From Scenedesmus sp. PABB004 (lineage: Eukaryota): a DNA stretch of 64,000 nucleotides. The stretch spans positions 1 to 64,000 of the forward strand of contig JABVCE010000032.1 of the NCBI GenBank assembly GCA_014905635.1, read 5' to 3'. The notes under the pieces were generated by a model. The model saw only the letters and a program-made list of their open reading frames with translations. It ran no database searches and had not been told where the DNA came from. Below, piece after piece: positions 12,801-24,100 of the stretch; position 1 is the stretch's first letter, and every line of letters begins with the position of its first letter. A program made the position numbers and the translations under genes.

Positions 12801-14171
12801 CCCGGGCACCGGGTACGTGTGTGGCTGCACCTCCGGCCGTGCATACGACGCTACAACCAACGCATGCACAGGTGGGTGTGTGCCAGCACGTGAATTCGGC
12901 ACCGCAGCTTTCTGCTGTGCTGCTGCTGCGCTGCCGGGGGCCCCACCCTGGGTTTGTGGTACTCTGCTCGCAGACATTGATGGCTGCACGGGCAACCCAT
13001 GCAACAGCGCGCCCAACACGATTATAAATGGTACCTGTGCTGACGTGGCAGCGCCCGGCACCGGCTACACGTGCCAGTGTAGCGCGCCATTCCTGTGGGA
13101 CGGCGTCACAAAGTCTTGCTTGCGTAAGTTGCAATGCTTGGCCTGGGGGGACTCTGTCGTCAGACACTGCCCCGCGATCTCTTAACTGCTGCCGCCCACG
13201 CGCACGCACATGCAGCCCCGTCTCTTGAAGGCTTTTACAACCCCGACACGTACAAGGTGGGTCGGCCACATGCGTCGGTAAGGCGCTGCACGAGTCCTCG
13301 TGCAGTGTAGCTCACCCCTCCTGCTCCGCGTCATAGGTGCTGCAAACATGCAGGAGCTTATCTTCTGCGTGCCAGGGCTGGGTTGCGCCTTTGTCGATCT
13401 CAGAAAACATTTATTCGGTCCCCGCCGACACTCCCAACATACCAGCTTGGCAACCAAGAGACCGAGGCAACGACCAGTTCGCGCTCGTGACGACGAACCG
13501 GCAGGGCGCCTTCTGCGTCGACATATGCAACAGCGCAGACTGCGGTGACGTCCACGGCAACAGTGAGTAGGACAGGAATACAAACGCTTTTTGCTGCGTT
13601 TTGTTGCTTTTGTGCTGACCTGCCTGCTGCTTGTTGTCAACAGCAGTGCCCGCCCTCCACCGCTTGACGATGCGCCGCTCTCCGCCGCGCGCGCTGCCGC
13701 AGTCATTCAATACAGCTGCCAGTGAGTGAGGGCAGGGGTTCTGCCGCGCGCGCTGCCGCAGGGGGCGCCCTGGCGCGCGGCGGCGGGGCGCGGCGGCGTG
13801 CCGTGCCACGCCGCGCGCCTCGTGCGTGGGCGCTGCGCTTCACTGCAGTTGGGCGCCCCACACGCTCGGCGTGCTGCCCGTCGCGCAGTTATGGACCCAA
13901 CCAGCTGTGGTACTGGAATTCCACAGCAGACGGCTTTGGCGGGCGCCTGCTGCGCAGCGTGAGCTCTGGCAGGTGTGTGACCGCATGCCCGGAGGCCAAC
14001 ACTTACTGCAACTTTGTTGGCGATGTGTCTACGGCGCCATGCAACGCGACCGACCCCACCCAGCGCTGGGCCTACAAGGCACCAGGTGTGGCTGATGCGC
14101 ATGACCCTGTGCCAACTTCCGCCAGCGCCAACCTCACACGCCCTACACCGCTCGCAGGGTCGGTCCCTTGA
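5930..14171 (+). CDS. Large secreted multi-exon protein: signal peptide, 7 CxDGxxNxxETxVDCGG Cys repeats, Ser-Pro linker, ~16 EGF-like modules, C-terminal ricin B-type lectin domain
   Basis: Exons joined by GT-AG introns. EGF-like modules read DxxGCxxNPC..NGxCxDVPAPGTGYTCxCxxGYxW..C, and the linker is KPSPSPSPSSPSPSSPSPVPRPSPSPSP. The spliced tail reads FCVDICNSADCGDVHGN|IIQYSC|HYGPNQLWYWN...LRSVSSGRCV...CNATDPTQRW (QxW motifs). The exact 3' end is uncertain. Confidence 0.85.
11859..13077 (+). repeat. Tandem duplication (~570-610 bp unit) of two EGF modules including their introns
   Basis: 12007-12500 is nearly identical to 12588-13077, including intron text such as 'ccagcacgtgaattcggcaccgcagctttctgctgtgctgc'. 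Confidence 0.9.
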
Positions 14172-14429
14172 CAATGATGATGGTGGTGGTGGAGGAGTTG
14201 GTGACGTTGAGTCGTTGCAAACAAATGCAGGCTTCTGGACAATCTGCCTGGACGCACAGTCAGCATGAATCGTTGCTGTGCATTTGCTGGTGCATCTCAA
14301 GCTGAGGGCAAGCAGCATGAGCAACACTGCAGTGTGCTTCTCCAGCAGCATTGCGTCGTTGAGCCGGGCCTGGCGGCTGGCGGCTGGGCTGCGGCGCCCG
14401 CCGCGCCGCCCCCTCCGCCGGAGCCTGCA

Positions 14430-14654
14430 GGGAGCTGAACAGGCTCGCCCTCGGGGTTGTTCGCCCGGGCGGCGTGCTGCTCACCTGCTCTTGCAGCGGA
14501 CCCAGAGTGGTGGCCTGGCCTTCATTGTCGTCGACGCGGCCCGCAAAGCGGAGCAACAAGTTGTACTGCTGGGCCACGCCGACGCTGTGCCGGATCGCCC
14601 CCTGCATACAATGAGGGCGAGAACCTTGCCACACTCATGTACCGCGTACTGTGA
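14430..14654 (+). pseudogene. Degenerate 3' fragment of RlmI-like methyltransferase
   Basis: LNRLALGVVRPGGVLLTCSCSG ... LMYRVL* matches 29455-29690, with indels. Confidence 0.8.
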
Positions 14655-14955
14655 GCCGCTGCGTGCTGGTGATGACCTGGGGGGGGGGGGAGAGGGGGGC
14701 GACGACGGCGCACGCTCACGGGGCATCGCGGCAACTGAAAGTTCTGGGCCCCTAGGCTACATGCTTGGCTGTGCGGCGGCCTGCCCCTGCCGGGGTGTGG
14801 TATGGCAAACACTGCTAGACTCTCCGCGCCTCTCCCAAAGATCCCACTGCTCGCCCCTCACCCCTCCCCAAGACGCATTGCCTCACCGGCAGTGCGTCCA
14901 GATACTGTCGCCGGCGGCCCGCTGCCCGCGCCCGCTGCTCGCCGCTGCAGGTCAC

Positions 14956-15017
14956 CAGCGCGCCCCCGCACAGATCAGCGCGCCCCGGCACAGATCAGCG
15001 CGCCCCCGCACAGATCA
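14956..15017. repeat. 3 x 20-bp tandem repeat (cagcgcgcccccgcacagat)
   Basis: Directly visible head-to-tail copies with no spacers. Confidence 0.9.
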
Positions 15018-15079
15018 CGGTCGCTGCGGGGCTCCACCGCAGTCCTCAGAGACGAGAACATTCCGTGAGGTGCACGAGC

Positions 15080-15365
15080 GGGCCGAAGCCAGCGAGCAGC
15101 CGGGGCGTGCTAAGACCCCCAGACAGCAGTGGGGCGCACGCGCAGCGTGCCTGTGCCGGCTGGCAACCCGCCGCCGCCTGGAGCAGCGCGCACGGCGCGG
15201 TGCGTGCTGCCGCGATGAGGCTCGGTCACCACCGCGTAAGCGTGGCAGGCGACGAGCAGGGCCTGCTGGAGGTGCAGCCCCCCGAGCGGCGCTGCTGCTG
15301 CGCGGCGCTCTGGCGGCGTTGCGGAGCGCCGCGCAGCGAGCTGCGATACGGTGCGCCGGGGCGTC
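15080..15365 (+). repeat. Dispersed unit 'R' copy 2
   Basis: gtgctgccgcgatgaggctcgg...gtggcaggcgacgagcagggcctgctggagg...gagcggcgctgctgc...gcgccgcgcagcgagctgcgat matches 5263-5640. Confidence 0.85.
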
Positions 15366-15607
15366 CGGCGGCCTAGGGGCTACGTGTGTTCGCGGCGTGC
15401 GCGGAGGATGCGTCGACGAAACGCGGGGCAGTCACCCCCAAAACCCGGCGCGACAGCAGCGGCGCCCGCTTGTCTGCCGCCGCGGCGCCGCATGTCCGCA
15501 CACGCGCCACCGCTCACGCCCACAGCTCCCGCTCCCAGCCGTTCCCCCTCCCAGCCGGTTCGTGGCGCGTGGAATTGCCCCCCGCTGCGCCTGCAGGCGG
15601 CCCCAGG

Positions 15608-16003
15608 ATGGCTGGGGAGCGGCCCCCCAGCGAGATCAAGGTCATCCAGCCCCACGACCCCGCGGTGGACCGGCGCGTCATCTACGAGTGCAACTTTAGC
15701 GTGGAGGCGGCGGTGGTGCCCGAGTTTGCGGCCTACCTGCGGCAGCACATGCGGGAGATTGTGGGCCTGGACGACGGCAAGCTCTTCGACCGCGCCACGC
15801 TCTGCGTCGCCGAGAACGAGGGCCACCACGACGCCGGCCGGGCCCACCTGTGCGCGCGCTACCGCGCGCGCTCTCGCTTCCGGCTGCAGGAGTACTTCGA
15901 CAAGGCTGGCGACCGCCTGCGCAAGGACATGCTGGAGAAGTGGGGCGGCCGCTTCGAGGTCCAGCGCCGCATCCTGGCCGTGGATAGTGTGCTGGAGGCC
16001 TGA
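15608..16003 (+). CDS. DUF4286-family protein (131 aa, intronless)
   Basis: VIYECNFSVEAAVVPEFAAYLRQHMREIV...LCARYRARSRFRLQEYFDKAGDRLRKDMLEKWGGRF fits the DUF4286 pattern (IYxVxxxV...W/YL..H..E...Y.....L..Y.....P.LR.....KF). Strong GC3 codon bias. Confidence 0.75.
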   Translation: MAGERPPSEIKVIQPHDPAVDRRVIYECNFSVEAAVVPEFAAYLRQHMREIVGLDDGKLFDRATLCVAENEGHHDAGRAHLCARYRARSRFRLQEYFDKAGDRLRKDMLEKWGGRFEVQRRILAVDSVLEA

Positions 16004-16009
16004 GGTGGC

Positions 16010-16141
16010 CGCGGCGGCGGCGGCGGGCGCGGCCGCAGCAGCGGCGGGCGCGGCAGCAGCAGCGGCGGGCGCGGCAGCAGCAGCGGCGGGCGCGGCAGCA
16101 GCGGCAGCAGCGGCGGGCGCGGCAGCAGCGGCAGCAGCGGC
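16010..16141. repeat. GCG/GCA minisatellite (~21-bp unit gcggcagcagcagcggcgggc) downstream of DUF4286
   Basis: Visible tandem units. Confidence 0.85.
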
Positions 16142-16838
16142 GTGCCGGGCCCCTCGCGCGGGAGTCTTGCCCCGGGCGGGGCAGAGCGCCAGGGGCCGCC
16201 CGCGCGGGCGGCGTCTGCTGCGCCATGGGCTGGCAGCGGCGCAGCAGCCGTGCGCGGGGGCGCCAGCAGCACCGCCGCTGCGCGGCCGCGGCGGTCGCCG
16301 TGGCGGCGGCGCCGGCGAGCCCGCCGCGCCAGGGCATCTGCCCGCGGTGCATGCTGTGTGCTGCGTGCGGCGGGGCGCCTCTTGTACAACCCCCTCTTTT
16401 TTGGCGGGCAGCGGGCAGAGCAAGGCAGCGGCGCCGCGCAGCGCCGCGGCGGGCGCGGCGGCGCCTCAGCGCGCGCCGCGGCCACCGCGCGCGCGACCGG
16501 TGAGTGCGGCTGCTGCCCGCGCGCGTAGGCGTGGGTTTTCGGGGGCGGCGGCGGTATTGGCGGCGGCGGCGGGCGTGGCGGCGGCCGGGGGCGGCAGCCC
16601 TCCGGGGGAGAGCGAGTGATACGCGGCGCGGGGCCGCGCGTCGCCCCGGGCAGTTTTGGCACAGCGTGGGGCGTGGTGGTGGTGTGTGCGGAGTAGGAAA
16701 TCCTGATGATTCGTGCCACCTGACGCCGCTACCGGGGCCGGGCGTCGGGGCTGCCCGACGGCACGAGCGCCAGCGACAGCGGCGCCAGCGACGGAAGACG
16801 ACGACCCGCCCGACGGTTGGCCCCTGCCCTCGCCCGGC

Positions 16839-16874
<36 letters not shown>

Positions 16875-17072
16875 GGGCGGCAGCGGCGCTGCGACGAGCG
16901 CTGGCGGCGGTTCTCCGCTGGGCCCTGGCCGAACGCAGGCGCTTTCCGGCGCATTGGTCCGCCGCAGCGCCGTGCCCTCAGCGCGCAGCGCCTGGCCGGG
17001 CCGAAGAGGCGGCGCTGAATTCATCAGGCGGGCGCTCGCGTGCGGCGGAGCGGCCGCGCTGCGGTGGCCGGC

Positions 17073-20000
17073 ATGGAGGCGGCCCTGGTGCCGCGCCAGG
17101 GCGTGCTGGAGTTTGGCTGCGCCTCCGTGCTGGCGCCGCTGGCGCTGGACAGCGTCGCGGCCGTCCAGGCTGCGGCGCGCGGCCTGGCGGGGGCCGCCAG
17201 CGCCGGCCCCGACGGCGCGAGTGAGCGGCGCGCGACGGTCGCGGGCGCGCCGGCGCCGCGAGCGGGCGCGCCCGGGCGACGGCGCGCGCAGCGCCGCCGC
17301 TGCTGCTGCCGCCCGCGGCGCCGTGCTTGCGCCGCGCTCGCGCGGCCGTCGGCCCTCACGCCCGCGCGGTCCGCGGCGCCGCAGAGTACGTGAGCGCCGC
17401 GGCCGCGGCGGGCGTGCTGGACATGGCGCCAGAGGTGTGCCAGCTGCTGTTGGACGTGCTCGCGGCGGTCGGCGGCCGCGCGGCGCGGGCAGCCGCGCCG
17501 GGCGGCGGCGTGGGCGGCGTGGACGCGCACGACCTGGGGCTGTTCCTGATGGCGCAGCTGTACAACCGGGAGAGCCATAAGCCGGAGACGCAGGACCACT
17601 GGCCAGAGCCGGCGCCCGGTGGCGGCGCGGCAGGCGGCGGCGGCGCGGGCGAGGCCGCAGCCTGGAAGGCCGCCGGCCGCGGCCCGCAGCCAGGTGGGGG
17701 CGCGCGCATGCGGGCACGGCTGCCAGCGCTCGCTGCTGCACTCGGTCCCCCCCCCCCTCTCCTCCCATGACCCCCCGCGCGCCGCGCCGCGCAGGCTCGC
17801 CCGGCGGCGCCGCGAGCTCGCGGCTGCTGCTCAAAAGCCAGCTGGCGGCCGCGCAGCGCAGCGCCGCCGCGTTTGCGCGGGGCTACCGGGAGTTTCTCGC
17901 GCGCCATGCGCGCAGCCTGCTGGAGCTGGCCATGGACGACCCCAACGCCGCGCTCGCGTGGCACGCAGCGCGCGCGGCGCAGGTCCAGCAGGCCAAGGCG
18001 GCGCAGCTGCAGCTGGCACAGCCGGCGGCGGCGGCGGCGGCAGCGGCGGCGGCGGCGCAGCGCTCGCCGCCGCCGCAGCAGCGGCCAGCCGAGCAGCAGG
18101 CGCCCGGCGGCGACAGCGAAATGACGCCGGTGGACGATGCGGCGCCCGCGGCGGCGGTGGCGCCCGCGGGCGGGGGTGCGCCGGCGGGCGAGGAGCGGGA
18201 CGAGAGCATGCAGTCGTCGCCGCCGCGGCGCGCGTCGGACGACGGCACCACCAGCCAGCAGCAGCAGCAGCAGCAGCCGCCCGGCACGCCGAGCGCGAGC
18301 CCGGCGGGCTCCGCGTCGCCGGTGCCGGCGGGGCTGCGCAGCCCCAGCCCGAGCGGCGGCGGCGGCGGCGGCGGCGCCGCCACGGCCTGGCCGACCGCGC
18401 CCGGCAGCCTCGCCCGCAGCTGCAGCGCGGTTCCACCGGTGTCGCTCAGCGCAGCAGAGTTTGACCGCCTGGGCTTCCTGCTGGAGCTGCGCGCGCCGGG
18501 CGCGGCCGCGGCGGCGCCGGCGGCGGCGGCTGCGGCAGCGGGCGAGGCGCCCGTCGGCTCGCCCGCGGCCGCGGCGGGGCCCGGCGGCGGCGCCGCGCGG
18601 CTGAGCGCGTGCGTGCCCGGGTACGGCGCGCGGCCGGCGCTGCTGATGGAGGAGCTGCTGGCCTGGATGGCGGGCGCGTGGGGCCAGGAGCCGCAGCAGC
18701 ACGCGCACCAGCAGCAGCTGCACCGCCCGGCCGCCGCCGCGGCGGGTGGGGGCCAGCCCAACAGCAGCAGCAGCGACGGCGGCGGCGCCGCCGCTGCGGC
18801 GGGCGACGCAGCGCCGGCGGCGGGTGCGCTGGACGGCTGCGCCGCGGCGTGGCTGGGCATGGAGGGCATCTCCACCAGCCCGCCGCGCAGCAGCAGCAGC
18901 GGGGGCGGCGGCACGCTGCCGCACCCGAGCAGCCCCGCCGCCGCCGCGGGCGCCGCCGGGGGCATGAACGGCGCCCTCACCGGCGGCGACGCGGGCGGCG
19001 GCCTGGGCCTGGGCCTGGGCTTGAGCCACATCCGGGTCGTGCCAGCGGGCGGCAGCGGGGGCGCCAGCAGCGGCGGCAGCGGCGCCAGCAGCAGCAGCAG
19101 CGGCGGCGGCGCCGCCGCCGCGCCGCGCGGGCTCGTCGCGGTGGCCGCGGGGCGCGTGAGCGAGCAGCTCATCGCCGGCGTGCACCGCGGCACCGTGGTG
19201 CGCGGGCCCAGCGACGTGCCGCCCGGCGCCGCGGGCGAGCTGGTCATTCGCGACTGCAGCGAGGCCCACATCTACGTGCTGGCGCCGCTCAGGCGCGCAC
19301 GCGCGCGCGAGCGGCGCCGCCGTCCGTGGCGCAGCGGCCGGCGATGGCTGACGTGCCTTGACGCGCCGTGCCCCGCCCCCGGTGCCCCGGCCCTCTTCCC
19401 CTCCCCCCCTTGCCACCAGGCTTGCGCGCATCACCAACTGCACCGACTGCACCGTCTGCCTCGGCGCCGTGGGCGCGCTGCTGCGCCTGGACGGCTGCGA
19501 GCGCCTGCAGCTCACCGCCGCGGCGGGGCAGGTGCTCGCGGTGTCGTGCCACTCCTGCGTGCTGCACCTCGGCACGCCGCGCCCGCCCGCGCTGCTTGGC
19601 GACTGCAGGTGCGCCGCCGCGCCGCCCGCGGCCCCGCGCCCCCTCCCCCCCCCCTCCTCTCCCCTCGCTCCCCTCCACGTGCACGCGCACACGCACCCCC
19701 CAAACCCTCCCCGCACCCCCTCCCCCTCCCCCTCCTCTCCCCTCGCTCCTCCCCACGTGCACGCGCACACGCACCCCCCAAACCCTCCCCGCACCCCCTC
19801 CCCCTGCCGCGCCGCCCCGCGGCGCAGGTTCAACCGCCTCGCCCCCTTCAACACGCGCTACGAGGCCCTGCCGCAGCACCTCGCCGCGGCGGGCATCGCA
19901 CACGGGCCGAGCCTCTGGGACCAGCCCCTGCTGCTCAGCGGCGGCGGCGGCGGCGGCGGCGGCGGTAGCAGCGGCACCAGCGGCGGCGCGCCCGGCGGCA

Positions 20001-20630
20001 GCGGCGGCGGCGCGGCCGCGCAGCGCCAGCAGCGCCCCGGCGCGGCGAGCCCCAGCAGCCCGCACACGCACGGCAGCAGCGGCGCGGGCCCGGGCGGCGA
20101 GCGGCGGGGGTGGGGCGGCGGCGCCAAGCCGGTGTCGCTGCTGCCGCCCGAGGAGTTCCTGCCGCTCGTGGTGCCCTTCAGGCGCGCGCCGCGCCGCGCC
20201 CGCCGCAGCGCGCTGCCCACGCAGCCCGCCTGACCGCGCCCGCCGCGCGCACTGCGCGCGCAGGGGCACGCCCGGGCCGCTCGCCGGCGGCGCGGCGCAC
20301 TCTGCCAGCACGCACTGGCTGCCAGGCAGCCACAAGGCGGCGCAGGGCCCGCTACCGGCGCTGCCCTTCCCGCTGCCGGAGCCGTACGACGCGGCGCTGG
20401 CGCAGCAGAGCAGCGTGGTCGGCGAGCTGCGCGGCCGCATCCGCGGCAGTGGCCTCGACGAGCCCCGGCGCAGCGCACTGCAGGGCGTGATCCAGGCGTA
20501 CTTCCGGGAGTGGCTGCACTCGAGCGGCGCCATACGACAGGTGTACGACCTGTCCAAGCTGGAGGGCGACGAGGTCGGCGCCGCGGGCGGCAGCCCGCCC
20601 GCGGCGCTGCGCGACACCAGCCAGCTGTGA
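17073..20630 (+). CDS. TBCCD1: TBCC domain-containing protein 1 (centriole/basal-body positioning), multi-exon
   Basis: N-terminal LVPRQGVLEFG and DLGLFLMAQLY. C-CAP/TBCC beta-helix IRDCSEAHIYVLAPLR|LARITNCTDCTVCLGAVG...SCHSCVLHLGTPRPPALLGDCR|FNRLAPFNTRY. Also LLPPEEFLPLVVPF and C-terminal PFPLPEPY...IQAYFREWLHSSGAIRQVYDL. Confidence 0.85.
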
Positions 20631-21109
20631 GGGCCGCGCGCGCGCGTGGCGGCGGCGGTTGCGGCCGCGGGCGGGCGCGCACCTGAACCTGCAGCGGGCC
20701 GCGCCGTGCGTGGCGGCGGCGCGGGGCGGGGGCGTTGGGGTCACATCGATTGCTGCACCGGGCCGGCGGCCGTGCGCAACGGCGGCGCCGAGAGCGTCTG
20801 CGGTGGTGGCAAACGCGCCGAGCCTGGCGCACAGCCGCACAGCGGGTCCCCGGGCTGAGCCCTGCTCCAGGCGCGAAGCGGCGCCTCAGCTGTAGCCGCG
20901 CCGCCGTGCCCCACCCCGCCTGCGTTGGTCTCCACGCCGCCAGTTAATCGCGGGGCTGCCACCCCGCGCGTCCGCGAGCCCCGCAACACAGCCCCTGGCC
21001 GCCGCAGCGAAAGCAGTCGACGCGGTGCGCGTGCTCGGCGCGTGCATGAGAAGCCCGGCCGACCACCCCAGGATGCTGCGAGTGGCCGACTGACCGCCCG
21101 GCGCGCGCC

Positions 21110-24100
21110 ATGGCGAGCGCCGCCGCGGGCGCGCCGGCGGAGCAGCGCCTGGCGTGCGGCGGCCCGCCCGCCGAGCAGCTGCCCGGCGGCGGCCCCGCTG
21201 GCGCCGCCAAAGGCGCCAGGCGCAGGGTGGGGCAGGACAGCGCCGCCGAGCAGCAGCGTCCGGCCTCGCCGCCCGCGGAGCAGCCGCGCGCAAGGCCACG
21301 CGGCGCGCAGCCGCCGGTCGCTCAGCCGCCGGCCGCTGGGGCCGGGGCTGCCGTGGCGGCCATCGCCGCGCCGGCCGAGGGCGCGCGCCCCGCCGCGGGG
21401 CCGGCCGGTGCCGAAGGCACGGCGCCGCCAGGTGAGGCGCCGCGGCAGCCGAGCATCGGCGAGGTGCTGAGCCTGGTGGTCCAGCGCGGCACGGCACTGC
21501 CTCCCGAGCTGCTGCTGACAAGCCCGGTGGTTCGGCTGCACGTGGTCCACGCCGGCACGGGCGAGTATGCCCGGCTCGCGGGCGGCGGCGCGCTGCGGCA
21601 GGCCGTGGGGGCGAAGCAGCAGGACGCGGTGCGGCGCGCGGGACCTCGCAAAGCTGCACGACGGCGGGCAGCGCCCCGCCCCCTCGCCCCCTCCTCGTGC
21701 TGAGCGCGTCGCCGTGCTGCTGCGACGCCGCGCCCACGCCACGCGCGTGCGCGCAGATGCTGGAGGGGGCGGCCGGCCCGCGCTGACCACGGTGGACAAC
21801 GACACGCCCTGCCCCCGGGCCGCGCTGCTGGGCCACCTGCCGCCCATCCAGACGCGGCCGGCGGAGCTGGCGGGCACGCCGGGCGGCTGCGGGCTGTGCG
21901 CCGAGTGGGGCCAGGAGCTGTGCGCCGACCTCGCTCCGCGGGACCTCGCCGCCGGCGACGCGCTGCTGCTGCTGGAGGTCCTGCAGCTGCCGAGCGGCTT
22001 TGGGCGCTTCCAGCACCACGCGGCGGCGTATCGCCACTACGGCGGAACCCATCGCGTGGCGTGGGCGTTCCTGCGGCTCGCGCCGCTCATGCCGCGCCTC
22101 GACGCCGCCGGCGGCGCGCTGCGCCTCGACCTGCGCCTGCACCGCTACGACCCGGGTGAGCGCCGCGGCGCGCGGCGCGGCAGCGCGCGGCAGCGCACGG
22201 CAGCGCACGGCGGCGGCGCGGCGCGGCGCGCGGCGGCGGCGGGGCGGCAGCTCACGCGCGCAACCCCTGGCACCAACAACAGCCGCTCTGGGCGCTGGCG
22301 GCGCGTGGTGGTCGCACGGCGGGGGAGGGCCGCATCCTGCCAACACGGCAAAGGCGGCATGGGCGTCGTGGCGCACGCTGGGCCTCAACGCGGCGGCCGG
22401 CGACGAGTCCGGCAGCCCCCCGCGCGGCGGCGGGTCGCCAGGCTCGGAGTCGCCGCGCGGCGGGCAGCGGCACAGCCCCAAGCGCGGCCGCGCGCGCTAC
22501 CCTGGTTTCCTGCAGGCGCGGCGCGTGGTCGGCTGGGGGGGGGGGGCCAGTTGCAGCTGCAGCTCAGGGCGGCGCACCCTGGGCCCGCTGAGCCGAGCTG
22601 CGCGGCGGTGGCGGCGCGCGCCCAGGTGGTTCTGTGTTCGCGGCTTCGCCCCGCGCCCGAGGGCTTGCTGGTGGCGACCGATCCAGCGGCGGGCCTGCGC
22701 CCAGAGCTGCCGGCGGGCTTCGGCAGCGGCTTTGAGCGCGGTGCGGGCGGCAGGGGGGGGAGGGGAGGCCAAGGGCCGCCGCGGGCGCAACACTTGGTGC
22801 TCAAGCGCCGCGCGCCGTGCCGCGCCGCGCCGCGGCAGGCTGCATCCCCTGGGACCTGCTGCGCGGCGCCCGCACGCCGGGCGGCGGTGGCGGCGCCGCA
22901 GGCGCCGGCGCCAGCGCCGGCGGCGCGGCCGCCGCGGCTGGGGCGGGCTGCGCGTCGGTGCTGGCGATGCAGCAGCTGGCGCTGGAGTCGCAGCTCCACC
23001 GGCCCAGTACACACCCATGCCAGTTGCCCAACGCGCTGCTCGCCGAGGCTCGCGGCCCCGCGGGCGGCGTGAGCGTGCTGGCGGCAAGCCACGACGGCCG
23101 CTGGCTCGCGGTGGCGGCTGGCGACGCCACGGGGCGTTTCCAGGCGCGCGTGCCGCCGAAGCAGCGCAGCGCCGCCGCAACCTTGCGCGCGCACGTCCCG
23201 CCTCCTGCCCCCCCCCCACACCCACGCCCACCCACCCACGCCCGCCCACCCACCCACACGAGCGCGCGCGCGCGCGCCCAGGTGCGCCTGTACCACTGCC
23301 TCAGCGGCGCCCCCGCCGCGGAGCTGGGGTGGCACGCGGGCCTCGTCTACGGCCTGACCTGGGCGCACGACGACAGCGCCCTCGCCAGTGCGTCGGCCGA
23401 CTTCACCGCCAAGCTCTGGCACCTGCCGCGCCTGCCGGCGCCGCTCGGGGCGCAAGGCGCGCCCGCGCGCGCCGACGACGGCGCGTGCCGCTGGCCGCCC
23501 GGTTGGCTGGCCGTGCTGCAACACCGCTGCCACGTGTACGACGCGGTGCTGCACCCGCTGCGCACGCCGCTGGGCCTCGTGGCGGCGACGGGGGCGGCTG
23601 ACGGCTACGTGCGGCTCTGGGCTGCAGAGTCAGGGCAGATGCTGGCGTGCGTGCGCGTCTGCGGCGCGGGGGCGGTCAACTGCCTGGCCTTTGGGCAGCT
23701 CGGCAGCCGTGTCTTTGCGGGGGACGCCGCCGGGCGCCTGACCGAGCTGGCCGTGGACCTGGGCCCGCTCGCGGCAGCGGAGGCCAACATGGCAGATGCC
23801 ACTCACGTCCCCTGCGCGCCGCCTGCGGCTGCCGCGGAGGCAGAGGCGGTAGAGGCGGCGCGCGCGTCGCCCGAGCCGGCGGCGGCGGCGCGCGACGGCT
23901 GCGCGTCGCCAGTCGCGGCGGCGCTGCGGCGCGGCAGCCCCGCGGCGCAGGCGCTGGGGGGCCAGGAGCTGCTCAAGGCGCTGCGCGTGAGCGCTGACCT
24001 GGCGGGCGGCAGCGTCGTGGCGCTGGCGCTGCACCCGGGCGGGCACCAGCTGCTGGCGCTCACCAAAGCCGGCCGCGCCGCGGCGCCCGGCGGCCGTGCT

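Noticed and set aside
14956..15017. 20-bp repeats as a possible CRISPR array
   Set aside because: Head-to-tail with no spacers, no cas genes, eukaryotic context.
19651..19805. ~79-bp direct repeat inside a TBCCD1 intron
   Set aside because: Simple local slippage duplication with no sign of function.
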